Source: an uncultured Acidimicrobiia bacterium
GTDB lineage: Bacteria; Actinomycetota; Acidimicrobiia; Acidimicrobiales; AC-14
Direction of reading: 5' to 3'
Assembly (NCBI GenBank): GCA_963836205.1
Contig: CAWIIV010000012.1
Coordinates: 96,001-160,000 of the forward strand
Length of the DNA: 64,000 nucleotides
Shown here: piece after piece, positions 8,706-20,152 of the stretch
How positions within the stretch are numbered: position 1 is the stretch's first letter
Layout of the letters: the number at the start of each line of letters is the position of its first letter
Translations under genes and position numbers: made by a program
The notes under the pieces: generated by a model
Seen by the model: only the letters and a program-made list of their open reading frames with translations
Databases searched by the model: none
What the model was told of the DNA's origin: nothing

Positions 8706-10756
8706 ATGCGGCGGACTCATGTGGGTGGCCTGTCATTCGTCGTTCTGTCTTGCCTGTCGGCCTCCGGGATGAGTCTCGCCGGGGCCCAGGTCGGCGGCGG
8801 GACACCCATACCGAATGCAGCCGGAGCGACCGCCACCGACGCGGTGAGATTCCGGCACGAGTTCGGACTCGAGGCGACTCCCGAGCACGTCCTGGCGGTC
8901 GCCAGGGGCCAGCGGGGCCCGACCACGGCGGAGTACGGACTTCCGCTGACGTCGGCCGAAGCGGCGAAGATCGCGACCCAGACACGGATCGATGGTCGCC
9001 TGGGCGCCGCCCAGCTGAGCCTGGCCGATGAGCTGAAGGGCCGCTTCGAGGGCCTTTGGATCGACCACGCCGCGGGAGGCATCGTCCATGTGGCCGTGAC
9101 GGGCGATCCCGCCACCGCGGGCGGAGAGACGCTGCGGGCGCTGCGGGGCCCGACCCAGGTGGTCGTGTCGTCGGCGCCGGTCACCCTCGACCAGCTCAAG
9201 GCCACGCAGGCCCGAGTCTCCACCGGCACCAGCCGGGTCACCACCGCCACGGTCGTCCAGTCCTACATCGACGTCCGCACGGCCGAGGTCGTCGTCGGAG
9301 TCGACCGCGAGCCGGAGAAGGCGAGGGACGAGATCCGGCTCCTGGCGGCCAGCGATCGGGTGCGGACGGTCAGGGTTCCGGCCCCCGGGCCCCTCGACCG
9401 GTCCACCAACTTCCCGCCCGTGAAGGCGGGACTGCAGATCAACTCCCCGACCGCGCGGTGCACTTCCAGCATCGGGACCCACATCCAGGCCCAGCGCTTC
9501 GTGCTCACCGCCGGCCACTGCGAGACCTCCGGCCCGGGGGCGACCGGCTCCGCATGGAGTGTCGGTTCGTTCGCCGCCTTCGGGACCATGGTCGGCAACA
9601 ACTTCGTGAACGGCACCAACGCCGACGCCGCCGCCATCACCGTGTCGGCGGGCGACTCGGGTGGCGTGTCGTGCGTCTACCACAGCGACGGCGACTGTCG
9701 CCGCGCCATCGGGTACATCGACCCCGTGATCGGCCAACTGGTGTGCTTCTCGGGCTCCAGTACGAACGGGATCGGTTGCGGGACGGTTGTCTCGACCACG
9801 TTCTCGGGGACCTACACCGGCCAGGGGGTGTCGTTCAACAACCTCCACCTGGCCACCGCCTGCCCCATCCCGGGGGACAGCGGCTCGCCGGTGTTCTCGA
9901 CCGAGGGTTCCCTCGATGTCTCCCACGGCATCCTGTCGGGCGTGGCCCAGGGGGGCGACGGCGGTTGCCAGATGACCTACTCGCCCTGGAGCCAGATCTC
10001 CTTCGCGCTCGGGCTGCGCCCCGAATGGACATCGGTCGGACGGGACTCGATCGGGGTGCACCGGCCCTCGGCGGTCAGCTTCTACCTCACCGACAGCCTG
10101 GGATCGGGAGCACCCACCGAATACGTGGCGTCCTTCGGCCTGAGCACCGACATCGCCGTGAGCGGAGACTGGGACGCCGACGGCCGGGACTCGATCGGGA
10201 TCTTCCGCCCGTCGGAAGGGCGCTTCTACCTCTCCAACTCTCGCTCCGGCGGCCCTCCGGCCAACTACGCGGTGCTGTTCGGCGCGGGGTCGGACATCCC
10301 GGTCACTGGCGACTGGGACGGCGACGGCCGCGACAGTGTGGGCGTCTTCCGTCCGTCGACCGCCCACTTCTACCTGACCAACAGCTTCGCCGCCGCCGCC
10401 CCGACGAACTACGACGTCCTGCTCGGGGATCGGGCGATCGGCCAGTGGCCGGTGACTGGGACGGCAACGGCTTGTCGTCGCCCGGGATCTTCCGTCCGTC
10501 CGAGGCTCGCTTCTACATGACCAACTCGGTGGCCGCCTTCCCCGCGACCCACTACCAGGTGTACTTCGGCATCGGCAGCGACACGCCGGTGGCGGGGGAC
10601 TGGGAGGGGGACGGGCGCTCGTCGCCCGGGGTGTACCGGTCGAATATCGACCGGTACTACCTCACCAACAGCTTCGCCCCGGCGGCGCCGGCCCATTACA
10701 ACGTGCCCTTCGGCGGCGGCAGCGACGTTCCGCTCGTCGGCACCTGGGACGGCTGA
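8706..10756 (+). CDS. Secreted S1 (alpha-lytic/streptogrisin-like) serine protease with C-terminal GDWDGDG repeats; frameshift near 10430
   Basis: Signal peptide, prodomain, TAGHC, DAA, GDSGS; repeats continue in a second frame to TGA 10756. Confidence 0.85.
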
Positions 10757-10908
10757 CTGCAGCCCTCACCGGTCTTCGTCGAACGGTGCCTCCGGCGGCG
10801 CGGCCCGCTCCGGCCACCCAGGTGGTCACGCCCTTGACGATCGTGTTTCCTTATCCTTGATGGTTGGTTGCGCACCGGAGGGATCTGCCTCGACCAAAGG
10901 GGGTCGTA

Positions 10909-12129
10909 GTGAACGTCCGACTCAGGCACTTCGCACGTCGTGGGATCGGGATCGCCACCGTGGCGGTGATGCTGGCCGCCTGCGGCAGCGACTCCGATGA
11001 CGACTCCGCCACGACGGACACCACGACGGGTGGCGGGACGGCGGTCAACATCACCGCATCCTCGTTCACCAGCGATTTCTCGGCCATGGCCCAGCTCAAG
11101 GACCTGGCCGCCCGGGGCGAGGGGATGATCGCCGTCCTCCTGCCCGACACCACCACGTCGGCCCGGTACGAGTCGTTCGACCGTCCCTACCTCACCCGGG
11201 CCTTCGAGGCGGCCGGGCTCTCGTCGAGCGACTTCAAGATCGACAACGCCCAGGGCAGCGCCAGCACCATGCAGACCCAGGCCGAGGCGGCCATCACCCA
11301 GGGAGCCAGCGTCCTGCTCGTCGACGCGCTCGACTCGGGCAGCGGCGCCGCCATCGAGGCCAACGCCGCCTCCAAGGGCGTGAAGGTCATCGACTACGAC
11401 CGGCTGACCAAGGGCGGGTCGTCCGACCGGGTCTACGTCAGCTTCGACAACGTCAAGGTCGGCCAGCTCATCGGCCAGGGCGAGATCGACTGCATCTCGG
11501 CGTGGAACGTCGCCAACCCCAACGTCCTCATCATGAACGGCGACCCCACCGACAACAACGCCAGCCAGTTCGCCGAGGGCTACAACGGCGTGCTCAAGCC
11601 CCTCTTCGACAACGGCACCTACGTCAAGGTCGCCGAGCCCCCGGGCACGTGGACCCCGTCGGTGGCGGCCACCACCTTCCAGCAGCAGCTGACGGCCCAC
11701 CCTGCGACCAACGCCGTCGTCACGCCGAACGACGACAACGCCAACGCCGTCATCGCCGTCCTTCAGTCGCAGAACGTGCCGGCCAAGACCTTCCCCACCA
11801 CCGGCCAGGACGCATCCCTCAGCGGGCTGCAGAACATCCTCAAGGGCTACCAGTGCGGGACGGTCTACAAGCCGATCTACCTGGAGGCCCAGGCCGCAGC
11901 CGCGGTCGCCATCTACCTGCGGGCCGGTGAGACCCCACCTGCCGCCCTCACCAACGGCACCACCGAGGACTCCGACGCCGGCACCGACGTCCCCTCGGTG
12001 CTCCTGGCCCCGGTGTGGGTCACCGCCGAGAACATGGCCTCCACCGTGGTCGAGGACGGGGCGGTCAAGGTGTCCGACCTCTGCATCAGCGAGCTGACCG
12101 CCGCCTGCACCGCTGCCGGCATCAGCTAG
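10909..12129 (+). CDS. Sugar ABC transporter substrate-binding lipoprotein (XylF/ChvE-like)
   Basis: Lipobox LAAC, YDRL, VSFDN, GDPTDNNA, TGQDA. Confidence 0.9.
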   Translation: MNVRLRHFARRGIGIATVAVMLAACGSDSDDDSATTDTTTGGGTAVNITASSFTSDFSAMAQLKDLAARGEGMIAVLLPDTTTSARYESFDRPYLTRAFEAAGLSSSDFKIDNAQGSASTMQTQAEAAITQGASVLLVDALDSGSGAAIEANAASKGVKVIDYDRLTKGGSSDRVYVSFDNVKVGQLIGQGEIDCISAWNVANPNVLIMNGDPTDNNASQFAEGYNGVLKPLFDNGTYVKVAEPPGTWTPSVAATTFQQQLTAHPATNAVVTPNDDNANAVIAVLQSQNVPAKTFPTTGQDASLSGLQNILKGYQCGTVYKPIYLEAQAAAAVAIYLRAGETPPAALTNGTTEDSDAGTDVPSVLLAPVWVTAENMASTVVEDGAVKVSDLCISELTAACTAAGIS

Positions 12130-12133
12130 CGCG

Positions 12134-12940
12134 GTGACGACGGACGTCGTTCCCGAAGCAGCGCCCCCGGCCCCCGCCGGTGCCGGGGGACCGCTGCTCC
12201 AGCTCCAGGGCCTGCAGAAGCACTTCGGGGCCGTCCAGGCCCTCACCGACGTCACCCTCGACGTGCCTGCGGGCCAGGTCACGGCCCTGGTCGGCGACAA
12301 CGGGGCCGGCAAGTCGGTGCTCATCAAATGCATCTCGGGCATCCACAGCCCGGATGGCGGCCAGATCCTGTGGGAGGGGAGGCCGGTCCAGCTCAAGAGC
12401 CCGCGGGACGCGGCCGCGCTCGGGATCGAGACCGTCCACCAGGACCTGGCCCTGTGCGACAACCTCGACATCGTCCAGAACATGTTCCTCGGCCGGGAGA
12501 AGGTGCGGCACCTGGCCCTGGCCGAGGAGGACATGGAGAAGGCGGCGGGGGCCACCCTGAGCAGCCTGGCGGTGACCACCGTGCGCTCCATCCGCCAGCC
12601 GGTGGCGTCGCTCTCGGGGGGCCAGCGCCAGTCGGTGGCCATCGCCAAGGCCGTGCTGTGGAACTCGAAGCTGGTGATCATGGACGAGCCCACCGCGGCC
12701 CTCGGCGTGGCCCAGACGGCGATGGTGCTCGGCCTCGTCCGGCGGCTGGCCGACCGGGGGCTGGCGGTGATGATCGTGTCCCACAACATGAACGACGTGT
12801 TCGAGGTGGCCGACCGGATCGCGGTGCTCCGCCTGGGGAAGATGGTGGCAGTCAGGGCCGCGGCCGAGCTCGACCGGCAGATCGTGGTCGACCTCATGAC
12901 CAGCGGCGTGTCGACCCGGAGCAACGGGGGTGGCGGGTGA
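12134..12940 (+). CDS. Sugar ABC transporter ATP-binding protein
   Basis: GDNGAGKS, LSGGQRQ, MDEPTAALG. Confidence 0.92.
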   Translation: MTTDVVPEAAPPAPAGAGGPLLQLQGLQKHFGAVQALTDVTLDVPAGQVTALVGDNGAGKSVLIKCISGIHSPDGGQILWEGRPVQLKSPRDAAALGIETVHQDLALCDNLDIVQNMFLGREKVRHLALAEEDMEKAAGATLSSLAVTTVRSIRQPVASLSGGQRQSVAIAKAVLWNSKLVIMDEPTAALGVAQTAMVLGLVRRLADRGLAVMIVSHNMNDVFEVADRIAVLRLGKMVAVRAAAELDRQIVVDLMTSGVSTRSNGGGG

Positions 12941-14250
12941 CCAAGGTCGAGGGGCCCGAGTCGGCCGACGGCGTGGTCGCGGTGGAGGCCGAGGAGGAGC
13001 TGTCGGAGGCGGCCGCCACCCAGTCCGACCTGGCCGTCGCCCCCGAGATCCTGGCCAACTCCCTGGGCGAGTACCTGCGGGCGGCGCTGGCCCGGGTGAA
13101 GGCGGGCGATGCCGGCGTGCTGCCGGTGGTGGCCGGGCTCATCCTCATCTCGGCTCTGTTCCAGACCCTCAACTCCAACTTCCTCACCTCCGGAAACATG
13201 GTCAACCTCCTGATCCAGGGGGCGGCCTACATGCTCCTGGCCATGGGGATGGTGTTCCCGCTGCTGCTGGGCGAGATCGACCTGTCCATCGGGTTCGTCA
13301 GCGGCATCGGCGGGGTCGTCATGGCCGAGCTGGTCCGGCAGTCGATGGGCTGGCCCTGGTGGGCGGCCGTCGTCGTCGCCCTCCTCGTCTGCGCCGCCAT
13401 CGGCGCCGTCCAGGGGACGATCATCACCCGCCTGGGCCTGCCCGCCTTCGTCGTCACCCTGGCCGGCCTTCTCGGCTGGCAGGGCGTGATGCTCATAATC
13501 CTCGGCACCGGCGGATCGCTGCCCATCAACGACAAGGTCATCAACAACCTGGCCAGTGGCAGCCTCACGCCGGCGGCGGGGTGGATCGTCATCCTGGGGA
13601 TCGTCACCGTCTTCGCGGCCCGGATGTGGGTGCGCGACCGGCGCCGGCGGGAGAGCGGCCTGGTGACGCCGCCGGCCAGCGTGACGTTGCTGAAGATCGG
13701 CGCCGCCTACCTGGCCGGCATCGCGGTGGTGGTCGTGTGCAACGCCGACCGGGGCCGGCTGGTGCCGATCAGGGGGCTGCCGTGGGTGGTGCTGATCGTG
13801 CTCGGCGTGCTCACCATGTGGACCCTGCTCCTGGGACGGACCACGTTCGGCCGCTACATCTACGCCATCGGCGGCAACCCCGAGGCGGCCCGCCGGGCCG
13901 GCGTGAACCTGGCCTGGATCCGGACGCTCGCCTTCACCCTGGCGTCGTTCACCGCCGGCATCGCGGGCATCGTCTACGCCTCCCGGCTGCGGTCGGTGTC
14001 GACGTCGTTGGACGGGGGAACCCTCGTGCTCTACGCGGTGGCCGCCGCCGTCATCGGTGGGACGAGCCTGTTCGGGGGCCGGGGCAAGGCCATCCACGCC
14101 GTGCTCGGGGGGCTGGTGATCGCTGCCATCGACAACGGGATGGGCCTCCAGGGGTACAGCGCGGCCAGCAAGTACGTGGTGACCGCCCTCGTCCTGCTGG
14201 CCGCGGTCACCATCGACGCCGTCGCCCGCCGGGGCCGCACTGCCCGCTGA
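12937..14250 (+). CDS. Sugar ABC transporter permease
   Basis: GEIDLSIG, FGRYIYAIGGNPEAA, VIGGTSLFGG; GTGA overlap with the ATPase. Confidence 0.9.
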   Translation: MTKVEGPESADGVVAVEAEEELSEAAATQSDLAVAPEILANSLGEYLRAALARVKAGDAGVLPVVAGLILISALFQTLNSNFLTSGNMVNLLIQGAAYMLLAMGMVFPLLLGEIDLSIGFVSGIGGVVMAELVRQSMGWPWWAAVVVALLVCAAIGAVQGTIITRLGLPAFVVTLAGLLGWQGVMLIILGTGGSLPINDKVINNLASGSLTPAAGWIVILGIVTVFAARMWVRDRRRRESGLVTPPASVTLLKIGAAYLAGIAVVVVCNADRGRLVPIRGLPWVVLIVLGVLTMWTLLLGRTTFGRYIYAIGGNPEAARRAGVNLAWIRTLAFTLASFTAGIAGIVYASRLRSVSTSLDGGTLVLYAVAAAVIGGTSLFGGRGKAIHAVLGGLVIAAIDNGMGLQGYSAASKYVVTALVLLAAVTIDAVARRGRTAR

Positions 14251-14260
14251 CGGCGAGCCC

Positions 14261-15325
14261 GAGCCCGTCCGGGTCGCGCTCGTCGGCTACGGGTTCGCGG
14301 GGGAGACGTTCCACGCCCCGTTCATCGAGGCGGTCGGTGGTCTGGAGCTGGCCGCCGTCGTCACGTCCGACCCGGCCCGGCAAGCCCGGGCGGCGGCGGC
14401 CCATCCCCGGGCGACGTTGCTCCCGAACGCCGACGAGCTGTTGGCCGCGGCCGGCGGACTCGGCGTCGGGTTGGTCGTGGTGGCCGCACCGAACCGGGCC
14501 CACGTCCCCGTCGCCCGGGCGGCCCTCGCCGCGGGGCTGGCCGTGGTGGTCGACAAGCCCCTCGCCCCGACCGCGGCCGAGGGGTGGGACCTGGTGGCTG
14601 AGGCCGAGCGGCGGGGACTGCTGCTGACGGTGTTCCACAACCGCCGGTGGGACGGCGACTTCCTCACCGTCCGCCGCCTGGTCGACTCGGGGGCGCTGGG
14701 GGAGGTGTGGCGGTTCGAGTCCCGGTTCGAGCGCTGGCGGCCGGAGCGGCCGGCGGACGCCTGGCGGGAGCGAGCCGACCCTGGTGAGGGCGGCGGGATC
14801 CTCCTCGACCTGGGCAGCCACCTCGTGGACCAGGCGCTCGTGCTGCTCGGACCGCCGACCTCGGCGTACGCCGAGGTGGCCCGCCGGCGACCGGGGGCCG
14901 AGGTCGACGACGACGTGTTCGTGGCCCTCGAGCACGGTGGGGGAGCGTGGTCGCACCTGTGGGCGAGCTCGGTGGCGCCCCGGGCCGCCCCCCGATTCCG
15001 AGTCCTCGGGTCGGTCGCCGGCTACGAGGTGTGGGGCATGGACCCCCAGGAGGAGGCGCTCAAGCGGGGCGAGCATCCCGGCGGGCCCGGCTGGGGGGCG
15101 CCGGCGCCCGAGCGACGGGGGACGCTCGGGGCCGGGGACCAGACGGTGGCGGTGCCGACCGAGGCCGGTGACTACGGCCGTTTCTACGAGAGCGTGGTGG
15201 CATCGCTCCGCTCCGGTGGGCCGCCGCCGGTCGACCCCCGGGACGCGGTCCGCACGCTGGAGGTGCTCGACGCCGCCCGGCGGAGCGCGGCGACGGGTCA
15301 GACGGTCACGCTCGATTCCCGGTAG
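14261..15325 (+). CDS. Gfo/Idh/MocA oxidoreductase (start uncertain)
   Basis: VALVGYGFAG, VDKP, FHNRRWDGDF, DLGSHLVDQ. Confidence 0.85.
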   Translation, partial: EPVRVALVGYGFAGETFHAPFIEAVGGLELAAVVTSDPARQARAAAAHPRATLLPNADELLAAAGGLGVGLVVVAAPNRAHVPVARAALAAGLAVVVDKPLAPTAAEGWDLVAEAERRGLLLTVFHNRRWDGDFLTVRRLVDSGALGEVWRFESRFERWRPERPADAWRERADPGEGGGILLDLGSHLVDQALVLLGPPTSAYAEVARRRPGAEVDDDVFVALEHGGGAWSHLWASSVAPRAAPRFRVLGSVAGYEVWGMDPQEEALKRGEHPGGPGWGAPAPERRGTLGAGDQTVAVPTEAGDYGRFYESVVASLRSGGPPPVDPRDAVRTLEVLDAARRSAATGQTVTLDSR

Positions 15326-15502
15326 GCGGGTGGGGGCCGGTGCCGGGAGGACCGAGGTCGAGGCTGGATGGGTTTGGGTCTGGGAGACTTCCGCTGCTCT
15401 CCGCTGGGGTGAGCAATCTGAACGTTGGGTAACGCGCAAGTGCCGTACTGGCACGACGAGGCTGTCTCGATCCGTGCCGTTCCTGGCCAAGGAGGTCCAC
15501 TG

Positions 15503-17179
15503 ATGACACCACTCGGGGCGCCCATCGGATCCAGACTGGGTCGACGGGTCGGGCGAGGTGCCCGCCTGGTCGTGATCCTGGCGGCCGTCGCCATGCTCGC
15601 CGCGGCCTGCGGCTCCGACGACGACACGTCGACGGGCGCGTCAGGGGGCGAGGAGTCTGGCGGTGTGTTCCGAATCCCGATCGGCGAGCCGAGGGCGATC
15701 GACCCCTTCAACGCCCGCGAGTCCGAGGGCCTCGACGTCGCCCGCTCGATCTTCGTGGGCCTGGTCACCTTCGACGGCAACGCCGAGCTGAAGATGCTCC
15801 CCGGCGTGGCCGAGACGTGGGAGCCCAACGACGCCTGTACCCAGTGGACCTTCCATCTCCGTGACAGCCAGTTCTCCAACGGCGAGCCCGTCGACGCGGC
15901 CGCCTTCATCCGGGGCTGGACCCGCTCGGCCGACGCCAAGTCGGCCTCCCAGGTGTCCTATCACCTGGCCGGCATCGAGGGTTACGACGCGCTCCACGGC
16001 GACCCCCAGACCTCCACCACCTTCTCCGGCCTGTCCGCCCCCGACGCCAAGACCCTCGTCGTGCGCCTGAGCTCGCCCGACTGCGAGTTCGACAAGAAGA
16101 CGCTCGTGTCGCCGATGAGCCCGGTGCCGACGGTGGCGGGCGCGGCCGACAACCAGGTGTTCAACGAGGCGCCCATCGGCAACGGGCCGTTCATGATGAA
16201 GCCCGGCACCAAGTGGGAGCACAACCAGAGCATCACCCTCGTCCGCAACGACACCTACTTCGGGCCCAAGCCGTTCCTCGACCAGATCGACTTCACCATC
16301 TTCCCGGCCGAGGGCCGCCTCGAGGCCGAGTACCGCGCCTTCACCGCGGGCGAGGCCGACTTCGCCCGCATCCCGCCCACCCTCTTCCGCCAGGCCAAGG
16401 CCACCTATGAGCCCCAGGGCTCGTTCTTCCAGTTCGAGGGCTTCGGCATCAACTACCTGGTGGCCAACAACGCCGATGGCCCCATGGCCAACCCCGACGC
16501 CCGCAAGGCGGTGTCGATGGCCCTCGACCGTGCCGCCATCGCCGAGGGGGTGTACCAGGGGTCGTTGTCCCCGGCCAGCGCCCTGCTCTCGCCCCCCTTC
16601 GGGGAGTTCTTCCAGGACGGGGTGTGCGGCGAGTCCTGCACGTTCGACGAGGCCAAGGCCAAGGAGGCGGCGGCCAGGGGTGGCCTCACCGCCGGCACCC
16701 ACATCCGGCTTCTCTACAACAACGACGGCGGCCACGAGGCATTCGTGCAGGCAGTGCAGGACCAGCTGCAACGGACGCTGGGTGTGGTGGTCGATCTCGA
16801 AGGCGTGCCCTTCGCCGAGAGCCTGACCAAGCAGGACGAGGGTGCATTCGATCTGGCCCGGTCGGCGTGGACGGCCGACTACCCCACGCCCGACGCCACC
16901 CTCTACCCGTTGCTGTACAGCACCTCGGCCGACAACCAGGGCAAGTACTCGAACACCACTGTCGACGACCTGGTGGTGACGGCCCGGGCCACCAAGGACG
17001 CGGCGGCGCGCCTGAGCCAGCTGAAGGAGGCCGAGAAGATCGCCATCGGCACCGACCTGGGCAAGATCCCGATGTTCTACCGGACCCAGTACCGGGTCTT
17101 CGACTCCGACAAGTGGACCGGCGTCGACGTCGACTACACCGAGACGGCCACCTTCGCCACCATCCGGCTGAAGTCCTGA
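15503..17179 (+). CDS. oppA: Peptide ABC transporter substrate-binding lipoprotein
   Basis: AAGGAGG RBS, lipobox LAAAC, PIGNGPF, WTADYP. Confidence 0.88.
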   Translation: MTPLGAPIGSRLGRRVGRGARLVVILAAVAMLAAACGSDDDTSTGASGGEESGGVFRIPIGEPRAIDPFNARESEGLDVARSIFVGLVTFDGNAELKMLPGVAETWEPNDACTQWTFHLRDSQFSNGEPVDAAAFIRGWTRSADAKSASQVSYHLAGIEGYDALHGDPQTSTTFSGLSAPDAKTLVVRLSSPDCEFDKKTLVSPMSPVPTVAGAADNQVFNEAPIGNGPFMMKPGTKWEHNQSITLVRNDTYFGPKPFLDQIDFTIFPAEGRLEAEYRAFTAGEADFARIPPTLFRQAKATYEPQGSFFQFEGFGINYLVANNADGPMANPDARKAVSMALDRAAIAEGVYQGSLSPASALLSPPFGEFFQDGVCGESCTFDEAKAKEAAARGGLTAGTHIRLLYNNDGGHEAFVQAVQDQLQRTLGVVVDLEGVPFAESLTKQDEGAFDLARSAWTADYPTPDATLYPLLYSTSADNQGKYSNTTVDDLVVTARATKDAAARLSQLKEAEKIAIGTDLGKIPMFYRTQYRVFDSDKWTGVDVDYTETATFATIRLKS

Positions 17180-17198
17180 CCCGGAGGGTCCACGAGCG

Positions 17199-18128
17199 AT
17201 GACGAGGTATGTCGTCCGGCGAATGCTGCAGATGATGCTGGTCCTGTTCGGGGCCAGCATCGTCCTCTTCGTCTGCCTGTTCGTCGTCCCCGGCGACCCC
17301 ATCTCCACCCAGCAGGGCGAGGGTCGCCGGATCGACTCGTCCACCCGCCAGGTCCTGGAGCGTCGGTACCACCTCGACCAGCCGCTGCCGACGCAGTACG
17401 TGCACTACGTCGGCCGGCTGGTCCAGGGCGACATGGGCGAGTCGTACACCTACCGGCGGTCGGTGAACGAGATCCTGGGCCAGAAGCTGGGCAACACCGT
17501 CAAGCTGGGACTGGCCGCCATCGCCCTGGAGATCGCCATCGGGGTGGTGGCGGGGGTGATCGCGGCCGTCTTCCGGTATTCGTTCCTCGACGTCCTGGTG
17601 ACCCTCTCCACCACCCTCGCCATCGGGTTCCCCACGTTCGTGATCGGCCTCGCCCTGCAGCAGGGATTCGCCATCAAATGGGGCCTCCTCCCACTCCAGG
17701 GGGCCAACGGGGGGCTGCGGTCGCTCATCCTGCCCGCCCTCACACTGGCGTCGGTCGACGCCGCCCTGGTCGCTCGCCTCATGCGGGGCTCGATGCTCGA
17801 GGTGCTGCGGGCCGACTACATCCGGACGGCCATGGCCAAGGGGCTGTCGAAGCGGGTCGTGCTCCTCAAGCACGCCCTGCGCAACTCGATCATCCCCGTG
17901 CTGACCTACCTCGGGATCACCTTTGGCACCCTGCTCGGCGGGGCCGTCATCACCGAGACCATCTTCAACTGGGACGGCGTGGGGCTGGCCCTGGTGGGGG
18001 CCATCCAGACCCAGGACAACCCCATCGTGCTCGGCGTGGTCACCTACGGCGTGGGCGTGTTCGTCCTGGTGAACCTGCTCGTCGACCTGTCGTACGCGGT
18101 GCTCGACCCGCGGATTCGGTTGTCGTAG
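17199..18128 (+). CDS. oppB: Peptide ABC transporter permease
   Basis: DYIRTAMAKGL..KHALRNS, LDPRIR. Confidence 0.9.
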   Translation: MTRYVVRRMLQMMLVLFGASIVLFVCLFVVPGDPISTQQGEGRRIDSSTRQVLERRYHLDQPLPTQYVHYVGRLVQGDMGESYTYRRSVNEILGQKLGNTVKLGLAAIALEIAIGVVAGVIAAVFRYSFLDVLVTLSTTLAIGFPTFVIGLALQQGFAIKWGLLPLQGANGGLRSLILPALTLASVDAALVARLMRGSMLEVLRADYIRTAMAKGLSKRVVLLKHALRNSIIPVLTYLGITFGTLLGGAVITETIFNWDGVGLALVGAIQTQDNPIVLGVVTYGVGVFVLVNLLVDLSYAVLDPRIRLS

Positions 18129-18131
18129 GCG

Positions 18132-19091
18132 ATGTCGAACACTGCTCTTCCGCCCACGGTCGGTCCCTCCGGCGTCGGGGAGGTCACCCTGGAGGCGGGC
18201 GCCGGCGGGTTCGGCGCGGCCGAGTCCCAGGCCACCGCCCTCGGCATCCGGGTCCAGACCCAGTTCGGCGACATCCGGCGGCGGTTCTTCCGCAACAAGC
18301 TGGCGGTGGTCGGACTGGGGATGGTGGCCGTCGTGTTCGCCGCCGCCGTGCTCGCCCCCCTGCTGGCGCCCTTCGACCCCAAGGCCCAGGACCTGGCCAA
18401 CACACTCGGCTCCCCGTCGTCGGCCCACTGGCTGGGCACGGACGAGCTCGGGCGCGACGTGCTGAGCCGGATCCTCTACGGCACCCGGATCGCGGTGGTC
18501 GTGGGCCTGGCCACCATCCTGCTGGCCCTGGTCATCGGGGTGGTTCTGGGGGCGCTGTCGGGCTACCTGGGCGGGGCGTGGGACGCCGTCATCATGCGCG
18601 TCGCCGACGTGTTCTTCGCCTTCCCCCTTCTCATCGGCGCCATCGTGATCGTGCTGGTGGTGGGCCGGGGCCTCACGCCGGTGGTCCTCGCCCTGGGGAT
18701 CTTCAGCTGGGCCACAGTCGCCCGCCTGCTGCGCAGCTCGATCCTGTCGGTGCGGGAGAGCGAGTACGTGGAAGCGGCCCGGTCGCTGGGCGCCAGCCGG
18801 TTCCGGATCGTCACCCGCCACGTCCTGCCCAACTCGATGGCGCCGGTGCTCGTCTTCGCCATGGTGAGCGTGGCCACCGCCATCGTGGCCGAGGCGTCCC
18901 TCAGCTACCTGGGCGTCGGTCTGCCCCCCGACGTCCCCGACTGGGGGAACATGATCTCGGCCGGGAAGGACTACTTCGGGTTCAAGGACTTCCTGTGGTT
19001 CTTCCCGAGCCTGGCGGTGGTGTTCACGGTTCTCGGGTTCGTGTTCGTGGGCGACGGGCTCCGAGACGCCCTCGATCCGCGGCTGCGGTGA
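18132..19091 (+). CDS. oppC: Peptide ABC transporter permease
   Basis: [32 protein letters not shown]. Confidence 0.9.
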   Translation: MSNTALPPTVGPSGVGEVTLEAGAGGFGAAESQATALGIRVQTQFGDIRRRFFRNKLAVVGLGMVAVVFAAAVLAPLLAPFDPKAQDLANTLGSPSSAHWLGTDELGRDVLSRILYGTRIAVVVGLATILLALVIGVVLGALSGYLGGAWDAVIMRVADVFFAFPLLIGAIVIVLVVGRGLTPVVLALGIFSWATVARLLRSSILSVRESEYVEAARSLGASRFRIVTRHVLPNSMAPVLVFAMVSVATAIVAEASLSYLGVGLPPDVPDWGNMISAGKDYFGFKDFLWFFPSLAVVFTVLGFVFVGDGLRDALDPRLR

Positions 19092-20152
19092 GCCTCGATA
19101 CCGCCGCCGCCGCCGGCGGGGCCGGCGGGGCCGGTGCCGGCGAGCCGCTGCTGCAGGTGGACGACCTGCGGGTCCACTTCCACACCGACGGCGGCGTGGT
19201 CAAGGCGGTCGACGGCGTGAGCTGGTCGGTCGGCCGGGGCGAGACGCTGGGCATCGTGGGCGAGTCGGGGTCGGGCAAGTCGGTGTCGGCCCTGGCCGTC
19301 ATGGGCCTGGTGCCCGTCCCGCCCGGGAGGTTCGAGTCGGGGCGGATCGTGTTCGGCGGCCGCGACCTGCTGACCACGGGGGAGAAGGAGCTGCGGGCCA
19401 TCCGGGGCAAGGAGATCTCGATGATCTTCCAGGACCCGCTCACGTCGCTCAACCCCGTCTTCAAGATCGGCCACCAGATCGCGGAGGTCATCCAGGCCCA
19501 CGAGAAGGTGGGTCGGGTGGCGGCCCGGCGGCGGGCGGTGGAGCTGCTGGGCGAGGTCGGCATCCCCAACCCGGCCCAACGGGCCCAGGAGTACCCCCAC
19601 CAGTTCTCGGGCGGGATGCGCCAGCGGGCGCTGATCGCCATGGCTCTGGCCCTCGACCCGGCCGTGCTGCTGGCCGACGAGCCCACGACGGCCCTCGACG
19701 TCACCGTCCAGGCCCAGATCATGGACCTGCTCCTGCGTCTACAGGCGCAGCGGGGCACGGCGGTGGTGCTCATCACCCACGACCTGGGGCTGGTGGCCGG
19801 CCATGCCGACCGGGTGGTGGTGATGTACGCGGGCCGGGTGGCGGAGACGGCCGGCGTCGACGACCTCTACTACCGCCCCCGCCACGCCTACACCCTGGGC
19901 CTGTTGTCGAGCCTGGCCCGGCTCGACCGGCGTCGCTCCGAGCGGCTGCGGCCGATCGTGGGCCAGCCGCCGAGCCTCATCCGGGTGCCGCCGGGATGCG
20001 CGTTCCATCCCCGCTGCCCGTTCGCCACCGACGTCTGCCGCCAGGACCGGCCCGAGCTGTCGGCCCAGGCCGACGCCGGGGCCGGCCACTTCGCCGCCTG
20101 CCACCACGCCGACGAGGTGGCCCAGGCGCCGGCGGCGGTGGTGGCGACGTGA
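19088..20152 (+). CDS. oppD: Peptide ABC transporter ATPase
   Basis: [17 protein letters not shown]-terminal GCAFHPRC. Confidence 0.9.
   Translation: MSLDTAAAAGGAGGAGAGEPLLQVDDLRVHFHTDGGVVKAVDGVSWSVGRGETLGIVGESGSGKSVSALAVMGLVPVPPGRFESGRIVFGGRDLLTTGEKELRAIRGKEISMIFQDPLTSLNPVFKIGHQIAEVIQAHEKVGRVAARRRAVELLGEVGIPNPAQRAQEYPHQFSGGMRQRALIAMALALDPAVLLADEPTTALDVTVQAQIMDLLLRLQAQRGTAVVLITHDLGLVAGHADRVVVMYAGRVAETAGVDDLYYRPRHAYTLGLLSSLARLDRRRSERLRPIVGQPPSLIRVPPGCAFHPRCPFATDVCRQDRPELSAQADAGAGHFAACHHADEVAQAPAAVVAT

Noticed and set aside
10696-14097. 1133-aa minus-strand ORF and similar long antisense ORFs (e.g. 26636-29461, 39085-41262, 53485-55803)
   Set aside because: Stop-poor shadows of well-supported genes in high-GC DNA, with no recognisable motifs.
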